Assembly (NCBI GenBank): GCA_943369665.1
Contig: CALRNX020000012.1
Location: 40,501 to 104,500 of the forward strand
DNA length: 64,000 nt
Reading direction: 5' to 3'
Source: Chitinophaga pinensis
GTDB lineage: Bacteria; Bacteroidota; Bacteroidia; UKL13-3
The translations under genes and the position numbers were made by a program. Position 1 is the stretch's first letter; each line of letters begins with the position of its first letter. The notes beneath the pieces were generated by a model. The model did not search any database, was not told the DNA's origin, and saw only the letters and a list, made by a program, of their open reading frames with translations. Positions 37,871-48,200 of the stretch are shown here, one piece after another.

Positions 37871-39133
37871 ATGATAGACGTAGTATTAGGATTACAGTGG
37901 GGTGATGAAGGAAAAGGAAAAATTGTGGATGTATTGACACCACAATATGATGTGGTTGCCAGGTTTCAGGGTGGACCAAATGCGGGGCACTCGTTGGAGT
38001 TTAACGGGCAAAAACATGTATTAAATACAATTCCTTCAGGTATTTTTCATGAGCATTGCATTAATATTATCGGCAATGGTGTGGTGATTGATCCTGTGAC
38101 CCTCAAAAAAGAGATTGAGAAAGTTGCGGCCTCTGGAGGAAACCCGAAAAAGAACTTATTTATTTCGCAAAAAGCGCATTTGATCTTGCCTACACACAGG
38201 TTGGTAGATGCGGCCAGCGAAGCGCACAAAGGGGAACATAAAATTGGCTCTACTTTACGCGGAATCAGTCCTACGTACCAGGATAAGATAGGCAGAAGCG
38301 GTTTGCGTATTGGCGATATTTTGTCTCCTAATTTCAGGCAAAAATACAATACGGCAGTTGCTAACCACAAGGAGCTACTCGACAGGTTTAATTTTGAGTA
38401 TAACCTAGCCGACCATGAGCCTGCATTTTTTGAGGCGGTTGAGTTTTTAAAACAATTCCCGATCATCAATTCGGAATATGTCATTAATGATTTGATGAGC
38501 AAAGGAAAAAAAGTAATTGGAGAAGGAGCCCAGGGAACATTATTGGATATCGATTTCGGATCCTATCCTTTTGTTACGTCATCCAATACCATTACCGGAG
38601 GTGTTTGTAACGGTTTAGGCGTACCACCTCAAAAAGTAAATAAGGTATTTGGTATTTTTAAAGCATATGCAACACGTGTAGGAAGCGGACCGTTTCCAAC
38701 AGAGCAGGATAATGAAATCGGAGAGAAACTTCGTCAATTAGGGTTCGAATTTGGCGCGACAACAGGCCGGAAACGCAGAACAGGTTGGTTGGATTTGCCA
38801 ACACTTAAGTACGCGATCATGTTAAATGGGGTTACCGATCTGATTTGTACCAAAAGTGATGTGTTGAGTGGATTTGAAGAAGTACTGGTATGCGATGAAT
38901 ATGATATTGAAGGTAAGTTAACCAACGAAATTCCATTTAATGTTGCAGATGCCGTGATCAACCCGCAATACAAGTCGTTTAAAGGATGGGCAGAAGATTT
39001 AACCGGCATCCGCCAGTATAATGATCTTCCTCAAAACTTTAAAACCTATATGGATTATGTTCAGGGGCAAATCGGTACTAAATTGAGCATGATTTCTATC
39101 GGACCCGATAGGGAGCAAACTATCTTTATGTAA
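37871..39133 (+). CDS. purA: Adenylosuccinate synthase
   Basis: N-terminus GLQWGDEGKGKIVD and motif GTTGRKRR. Confidence 0.95.
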   Translation: MIDVVLGLQWGDEGKGKIVDVLTPQYDVVARFQGGPNAGHSLEFNGQKHVLNTIPSGIFHEHCINIIGNGVVIDPVTLKKEIEKVAASGGNPKKNLFISQKAHLILPTHRLVDAASEAHKGEHKIGSTLRGISPTYQDKIGRSGLRIGDILSPNFRQKYNTAVANHKELLDRFNFEYNLADHEPAFFEAVEFLKQFPIINSEYVINDLMSKGKKVIGEGAQGTLLDIDFGSYPFVTSSNTITGGVCNGLGVPPQKVNKVFGIFKAYATRVGSGPFPTEQDNEIGEKLRQLGFEFGATTGRKRRTGWLDLPTLKYAIMLNGVTDLICTKSDVLSGFEEVLVCDEYDIEGKLTNEIPFNVADAVINPQYKSFKGWAEDLTGIRQYNDLPQNFKTYMDYVQGQIGTKLSMISIGPDREQTIFM

Positions 39134-39156
39134 TAGGATTCTGATATTTTTTGATG

Positions 39157-39190
39157 AAAACCTCACTGGTAAAACGGTGAGGTTTTTTTA
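39157..39190 (+). terminator. Rho-independent terminator after purA, possibly bidirectional with the convergent giant gene
   Basis: AACCTCAC-loop-GTGAGGTT flanked by an A-run upstream and T7 downstream. Confidence 0.8.
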
Positions 39191-39287
39191 TTTGAGGAAA
39201 GTGCTCAATACTTAGGATACCTATAAAAAAGAAGGACTTCCCGATTGCTCAGAAAGTCCATTCTCTATTTTCATACCCCTATGAAAT

Positions 39288-42200
39288 TTAATCTTTAAGA
39301 ATTTTTACTACACGTGTTTCGTTGTTCAAAATTACTTTAACAAAGAAAAGCCCTTTTTTCAAATTTTCAAGCATGTCCAGGGTAATATTATTTAAACCCT
39401 CGGATATGCTATATTGATGGCTTAAAATTACTTTGCCTTGCATATCAATGAGCGTAATGGTTGCCATTTCTGTAACATCAGATGGGATAATAAGGTGGAT
39501 ATTATCATTAAATGGATTAGGGTAAACCACTACTTGTTCAAGTTTGGTACTTAATGCCTTATTGAAATCAACTTTTACCACCTGTGAGGTTGCAGATGAG
39601 CCATCTATATCCACCGAGATCATACGGTAGTATATCGTTGATGCATTATTCATGTCAAGTTGCGCATCCAAATGAGTGAGTTGGTATTCGGTAAGCGTTG
39701 CGCTGTTGCCTTTTGCTTTTACAGTACCAATTTGCTTAAATGATTTTCCATCAGCTGATGCCTGAATGATAAATTTATGGGCATTTATTTCTGATGCGGT
39801 TGACCAGTAAACGATCACGTTCTTTGAGCTGCGTTGTGCAATGAACTTGGTGAGTGTAACAGGAACGGGACTGGCTAAATTTTCATCAGCACCCATATAT
39901 GGCCGCACTGAATTTCTTGCTTCCCCATCAAAGTCGGTAGTATAATTAAGCACCGGTGTTCCCCCGAGATCAAAGTCTCCAATTGAAGCCCCACTCAGAT
40001 GCAAATCGGCAGCAGCAGTATTGCTAAAGTTTACGTTTTTGCTGATCGAGTTTGCGTCACCAAGTGATAATGTTTTCCATGATGCCAGATCACCGGTTGT
40101 TGTTCCCCATAAGGTTAAGTTTGCCGGGTTTACACTATAGAAATTGTTGTAGTCATTGATCGAACTGATCCATGATGAATCCGGGCGTGTTCCTTCGTTC
40201 CCGATTGCATAATGCAAGCCAGGTGACGATACCGTATTTATGAATAAATTATTCTGCATCACAATTGGCTGGTAAGATTGGGTTATCAAACTATTTTCTC
40301 CACGGTGGAAAGCAAATGATGAAACAGGTTGTCCACTTGTATTGCCAATATGTATGGAGTTATAGAAATAGAAATGAACATTTCCATTAGCACCAGTTAC
40401 CATAACACCATTCAGCTGCACGGAATCAGATGGGTTGTTGGTAAGCGAAATCATATTGTTATGGATTGCAGTTGCCGAATCTAAGAAGCGCATATATAAT
40501 CCGTTAGCTGTACCGCGTATGGTATTTCCACTGGCAAGAGAATGGTTTTTGATATTATAGATGATGTTATGATGGATACTTCCAGGGAAATTGGATGCTG
40601 TGACACCAGAAACGTTTGTTGCAGCAGTAGTGTTGGTTCCCGTTATTTCATAGATGGTATTATAGCCAACTTCACTTGTTGGGCCATATCCTCCAGCAGG
40701 GAAACAATAAATACCCTGTGCCACAATACTTCCTCCTGTATAAGCAGCCGCAGTCGAATTAGAGCTTAAATTGGATATTCTATTGTGTAAAATATGACAA
40801 GACGGATATGGAGATCCTGAAGAAAAACTTATTCCCCTGATAACCGCTCCGGTTGCAATATTTGAATTGGTCATGTTGGCAACCCTGTTATGCTCAATGG
40901 TTACAAGTGTATTCACTAGTGCATTGGTATTACTGATACCAACGATTGCTGCCGTACCGGCATTGGTGATACTATTTGCATTAACAGAGTCTCCAATCAA
41001 ATTGTAGTTCACGAGGGCATTTCCGCGGGTAACCACAATCCCTGTAACAGCTCCGCCTCCCGTATTTGTTTTTGTAAAGTTGCGAACAATGTTCCGAGAA
41101 ACGGTTGAAACCGAAAGAGAATCGAATGATGCTGAAATACCAATAAATGCGGTTGTTCCATTATGAACCCACGGTGTTCCTCCCGCATTGATCGTTGTAC
41201 CCCCAATGGTATTATGCGTAATGGTATTGTAATTAGACGCTGCAGCAAATAAAATTGCAGTTTGTGCAGTTGTAGGGATCGTAGCGGAGTTATAATAAAT
41301 ATTGTTGTTGCCGATATACCAGTTTCCACCATTTCCCGTTGCACTTATATTGATCGCACTGGTTGTAAAATTGAATATTTCATTGCTGTCAATTTTGTTG
41401 TAATGATTTGAAGCAGCAGCATTTCCACTACTGTAGATCGCATTAGCAGGAATTCCGGCTGCGGTTGACAGGTCGCGGATTTTATTACTGATAATTGTAT
41501 TGCTATCATTACCCAAAGCTTTGGTTGTCGACCCAATAAGAATGGTGCCACTTGTAGACACTGTATTTGCACTTTCAATTGTCAAATTCCTCAAGGTATT
41601 GTATCGGGCATCGTTGGTAAAGCTAATGGCAGGACCAGTTGTAGCTGTTGTACGGGTATTCCGTATGGTCCATTCACTAGTTGTGCCTCCGTCTGGTCTG
41701 CCATCAAACATTAAATTGTCAACACCATCAAAAGCAATAAGTGCACCTGCACTACCTGCATCTCCTGCGGTTACACGTGCTGTAACCGATGCAGCCGGAC
41801 GAATGGTTACTTTCCATGGTGTTCCATTGGTCATAATTTGGTTGAAATAAATAGGGAATACTTCTCCTACTGTTCCATCATAATCACTTTGTAATTCAAA
41901 CAGTACATCACTAACAAGTTCTGAATTGTTGAGCAAATTGGCTACAACCGTTAAGCTGGTATATGTACCTGTTGCACCTATGGTAAAATTACCACCTAGA
42001 GGGGCTAGTGTAGGTGTTAATGGATTGTTTATGTCTTCATCGGCTCCCATGTACGGATACACAGATGCCCGGGCTTCTCCATCAATATCGGTAGGAATGC
42101 TGCCAATATAACGTCCTGCAAAACTATTGTTGCCAATTGTTGGTGATGTTAAATGAAGATCGGTAGAGGAAACAAAGGCTACGGAAGAGTTTATAGATGA

Positions 42201-45200
42201 CAAATCCTGAAGTGAAGCAGTTTTCCAAGCTGCAAAATCTCTTGCCGTGCCGTTCCATTCACCAACCGTAGATGCATTGGTACTGTACAAATCATTGTAA
42301 TTTGCCTGCCACGAACCTCCGGTACTTCCTATTGCATAGTTCTCAACACTGCCTGTACGAATATTGTTAAAGATATTATTTTTAACAGTAGTGACTGAAG
42401 TTCTTAATTTTCGGAAGCCGTAAGATTTTACATCGGGGCTTGCACCTGCATAATTACCTTCAATGGAAACCGAATTGTGAAGCACATTGACTGTTCCGGA
42501 AGTTGAGTCCATAATACCAACCACTCTGGCATTTGATGAAATAAGCGTACCTAAACTTACCATATTATTGGCAATTGTCCAGTTTGCCCCTGCAAATAAA
42601 TTAATACCAATTACCAATGCATCTGTATTAGAACTCGTATTTAAGAAATCGTATACTTTGTTGCGGGCGATTATACCTGAACCGGTTGTACTACCCACAT
42701 TGATTCCATTGCATCGGGTAGGAGATACTCCCGATGGTCCTCCATCAGATGATAAATTTGAAATGGTATTGTCTACAATTTGCTGGTTGGTATTGGCACT
42801 GCTGGTATAGATACCTTGAACAGCCGAGGTGTTGCTGGATACCGTTACTGTAGCAACAGAAAGTTTATGAATAGTATTATTTCGAATAACTATTGCATCG
42901 GTTGTGTTCGATCCTGTGTGAGAAATACCTCGATGACCAACCGCATTGGTTGTACCTGTAGAGGTAATATTGGCAATGGTGTTGTTATATATTGTTGCTA
43001 TGGGAGTACTGGTGATGGTAATGCTCAGATGTGTACCAAGCAATGCACTCGTGATGCTATTGCTAGTTGTTAAATGACCAATGGTGTTACCGTTAATACT
43101 CACTCTTCCGCCTGTTACTTCAATTCCTGCATATGTTCCCGTGGCGGTTCCGGTGAGTGCTATATTTTGAATGGTATTGTTTTTTATAAAAGTCGAGTCC
43201 TGAGTTCCTACTGCACACACAATTCCTCTCCATGCAATTCCTCCGCTATTTGTCCATGCTGATCCTCCTGCATTTGCAGCAGTTCCTCCGATTGCATTTC
43301 CGATAATCTGATTGGTATTTCCGGCCGAAAGTAAACGGATAGCTGTTTGCGCTGTAGCTGCGGCAGCGGTCATGTAAAATTGATTGTTGTTAATGTTCCA
43401 TCCATTGCCATTCCCAGTTGCAGTAACATGTACGCCACTGGCAGACCAGTTGAATATTTGATTATCAAGAATGTCAATGCCATGGTTGGTTGCTTCATCT
43501 GTTCCATTTGAAAAAATGGCATTAGCCGGCATACCTATGCTATCTGATCGGTCTCTGATGATATTGTATCGAATGATATTAGAATCGTTTCCAAGCGTAC
43601 CTGTTGTGGTTGAAAAGAGGATCGTTCCACTTGTAGCAACAGCATTTGCACTTTGGATATTCAAATACTCGAGTATGTTGTGTTGGGCTTCATTGATAAA
43701 ACGAATTGTTGGTGTAAATGTTCCATCAGCTCTTTTGTTACGAATCGTCCACTTAATATTCGTCATATCGCCTGATCCTCCAGGTCGTCCATCAAAATAA
43801 ATATGATGTGTTGCATTCAAATCGATCAATGGCATATCAGCATTCGGTATCCCGGCAGTCGTTAGCATACTGGATACATTACCTTCCGGACGAATGATTA
43901 CTTTGATAGAAGAATCGGAGCGGCTAATATTATCGAATGATAGCGGGAAAGATTCTCCGGTTGTTCCATCGTAATCGGCAAGCAATTCCACTGTAACATC
44001 ACTTGTGAAGTGATTTTGTTTCAGATATGCAAGTGCATCGGTTATTTTTTGGTAATTACCACTTGCTCCAACAGTAATTGTTCCCCCTGCTATGATAGGA
44101 AGGATACGATACAACTGAATCGTTCCGCTAATTGGAAAAGCACCGGCCAATAAATCAACACTGTCGGGAGTGTTTGCAAAAGAAATACCACTGCTGGCAC
44201 CAACGTTTGTATTTTCCGAAAAGTCTTGGGCTACAATGAAATATTGGATACTGTCTCCTCCCGATACAGCTCCTCCCAATAGTAGATTATAGTCGATTGT
44301 AAAGTTAAAAGGGCTCGTAGTGTTTGATGCTTCCACCCATTTCCATCCGTTATCTCCGGAAGTATTTCCGACATACGCATTATCGTCAGTTGTTTTTTTG
44401 TAATACAAACGAGGCTTGTGTGCAGAGGTGTCAATTCCGGATACATCTGTAATACTTGCAAATCCTATTAATGTAGGACTTGTAGTTGAAACGGTATTTA
44501 ACAGTGGAGTAAAGGAAACAGTTGGGTTAACCATATCCACAACTTTTTCATAAGCACCTATTGTTGGGTTGGTAGCATCACGCAGTGTATCAATAATGTC
44601 ATTTGTAATTCCCGAGATTGGAGTCCCTGCTCCCTCAGCTGGTGAGGTTGGTAATGGAATCAGTAATGATGAACTGTTAAATAAAGGATTAGTACCCACA
44701 CTTTGCTGGTCGAATGCTCCACCATTGGCGAGTTTCCAGTCGGCTAATGTTATTGCATTTGTATTATAGTATCCAACCCCCACAGTTCCACTTGCATTCA
44801 TGTATAATAAGTTATTGTTGGAAGTGATACTAGAAGAGGCCGTTCCAAACCTCAAACAATTTTTGGTGCCACTTCCTCCTCTTGTAATGCTTACGATATT
44901 ATTTTTTATGATAACATTAGATGCTTCGGTTAGTTGGTAAATTCCGTATGTTGTTCCAGCTGTTGCATCCGGATAACTTAAGTCAATTGTGTTGTAATAG
45001 TAATGTACACCATCAGAACCACTGCTGTAGATACCATAGATAGTTCCTGTTAAGCTGTTGAAGTTATAAATAAGATTATTGGACACTATATTCTCAAATC
45101 CAACGGGAGCATCATTTGCTGAGCTATATATTCCATAAGCAGTACCCGATTGTGTGGTAGCCGAATTGTGTGTATCATGAATCTTGTTTTTTGAAACGTT

Positions 45201-48200
45201 AATACGTTTGTTCAATGTTCCTAATTCAATACCTTCAAAGGTAGTGACAGCAACCCTGGTGGCCCGTGTTATATCATTTCTTTCAATGAGGCAGCTATCC
45301 ATATTGGTATATTCAATGCCTATTGAATAAAAATCGCGAATGGTGCTGTTAATTATATTATTATTTTGAGTGTTTAATCCATTTCCATTAATTACTGCAC
45401 CATAGTATCCGCCAATAAGGGTACAACCTGTCACCGTAAGATTTGATGCATTGTTTCCTGCTAAATTTACATCTGTAGATGAAGCCGAAGCTACAATACA
45501 CGCACCATTATCTACTGTTGTAGTTGTACTTGCAGAAAGGTCAATTACACAATCAACAATTGAGTCGTAATCGGCTTCATTTGTAAGGTTGATTCCCCAA
45601 TCAAAGTCTGCAGCTAAGCCTCTAATATAGATGTTACGAAGTATAATATAATCGGCACCATCAAGTTTGATAATATGGCGTGCGGATGTATTTGGGGTAA
45701 ATTGAAGTGTATCGCCATGTCCATTAAATGTAATCGTGTTAATTAATGAACTTCCGGCAACTTGAGGAATAACAAGCTGTTCAACGTAAGGGCCGTTTCC
45801 AGGTACAACATCAAATACTACAGGGCCAAGTATACCACATGAAAGAGCATTTACAGCTGATGTAAATGAATTGAAATTAGAGCTACCCGTTGGCAAAGAT
45901 GCATCAATGGTATAACTTCCGGCTGCAAGTGCTGCACATAACGATTGGCTTGCTGTATCATTTTCCTGTGTTCCATCGGCTATTCCATTTACGGACTTAA
46001 TATATGCTCTAAGGTTTACAGGGCCTGATAAATTGTATTGTGCCGTAAAACTTAATTGTTGACTTGAAAGAGTAGCTATTGATAAGCCAGAAAATACTTC
46101 TGAAACAGGAGTTACTCCATCTGTATATTCTATTTCAAGATCAGTAATAACTATCGAAGATGAATTGTTTTTTATATTTACGGTTATAGTTTGATTCCCA
46201 GCTGCTACAGGTTGTTGGGGAGCTATCCATAAGAGTTCACCATCAATTGGAGGGGGAGTATATTCAATTGCTCCTAAATCGGGAGTGTTGTTTGGACGGA
46301 CAATTCCTGAAAAATCTGTAAACACACCTACACTATCACCATAGTCATTTAAAGAAAACGCCTTTGGTGTATAATTGTTGATAAGCGGGTCAGTAAAATT
46401 AGGATTCTTGGTCAAACTTTGTTGGTCATAAGCACTTGAATTCACTAATTTCCAATCGGCAAGTGTAGTCTGTCCTGAGTTGAAATACCCAATACCATTT
46501 GTTCCTGCCGGAGCATTCATGTAAAGATCATTTTTGTTGGATATAATTGCAGAGGTTATGGTAGCGAAATACAAGCAATATTTAACACCGGTACCTCCAC
46601 GTGTTATCGAGATAATATTATTCCGAAAATCAATATTGGTTGCAGCGGTAGTTTGAAAAAAACCTCTTGTTATACCTGCAGTAGCCGCAGCATAATCAAG
46701 TGAAATGGTATTGTGATAATAATAAGCACCATCAGATCCGGAATTATACAAAGCATAGATAGTTCCCGATCCGCTGTTAAAGTTATAGATAATATTATTG
46801 GTTATGCGGTTTTCAAATCCTACAGGCGCATCGTTTGCAGAAGAGAAAATACCATAAGCGGATCCTGTTATCACAGATGCAGCATCATGGGTATTATGTA
46901 TTCTATTTGCATTTATTCTTGATTGCTTATTTCCGGCTCCCAGCTCTATACCTTCAAAGGTTGTAACCGTTGTTCGGTTGGCACGATGAATATTGTTGTT
47001 TTCAACAGTTGTCGAGTCATTATAAGTTAGTTCTACACCTATGGAGTAAAAATCCCGGATAATATTATTCGAAATAGTATTGTGCATCGAATAGTTGGAT
47101 ACATTACCATTGATAATAACTGTTTGAAAACCCCCAATTAATTCACAGTTTTTTACAGTAAGATAATTAGTGTTGTTCCCTCCTAGATTAATGTCTGTTG
47201 TTGAGGCAGAAGCCGCTATACAGGCTGCATTATCAGCAGCGGTGGCGGTGTTTAACGAAAGGTCTACCGTACAGTTTAATATGGAATCATAATCAGCGCC
47301 ATTTGTTAAGTGAATTCCCCAATCAAAATCAAGGGCTAATCCTACAATATTTAAATTTTTGATCGTTACATAGTCGGCTCCATCAAGTTTAAGAATATGT
47401 CGGTTAGCGGCAGTGGGTGTATGTTGTATGGTCTGATTGTTTCCATTGAAGGTGAAAGTATTTATGCTTGATAATCCAAGTATTTCAGGAATAACAAGTG
47501 CTCCTGTGTATGGACCTGTTCCTGTTGTAATTTCAATTGTAACCGGTCCGGTTAAGCAACCAGTATTAAGTGTTGTTTGCAAAGATGCCAATGTTTGGAA
47601 ATTAGTAGGGCTATTGGCAGTGGTGGAGTTTAATGTATATGAAGAACCATTAAGTTCAACCCCAATTTCATATGCGTTGGCTGCAGGTGGTGTCGTAACA
47701 CTATTTACGTCAGATGCAACGACTCCTGCTGGTAATGAACGAATATTTACATTTACAGCACCGCTATCTTGTGCTATAACATAATAAAAGATGGAATCTC
47801 CTGTGCTTATGCCCCCCATATCACTTGATAAAACAGGAAAGTTCCAGGTTCCATTTGTAGTTGTGCCGCTTATCAATGTGCCGGGTTGTGATACCCAAAT
47901 GCCTACGCTGCTTTTACGGTAATATATCCTGGGAACCAATGCTCCTGCCAAGTATACCCCGGTTTGGTCATTAATGGTTGCAGTGAGCATTCTATCGGAA
48001 GTTGAGCAGGTTTTACTCAAATTGGTGTAGCTAATGGAAGGTGCTGTAAAATCAAGTCCAACGCCATCAAATTCGTCTGCTCCCATATCCGGAATTGACC
48101 CACCTCCATTTACAGAACCTACAGGTCCCGGACGAATATCTCCGTCAAAATCATACATTACGTTTGCAAGTATTAATGCATTCGACTCCATTGAGTTTGG

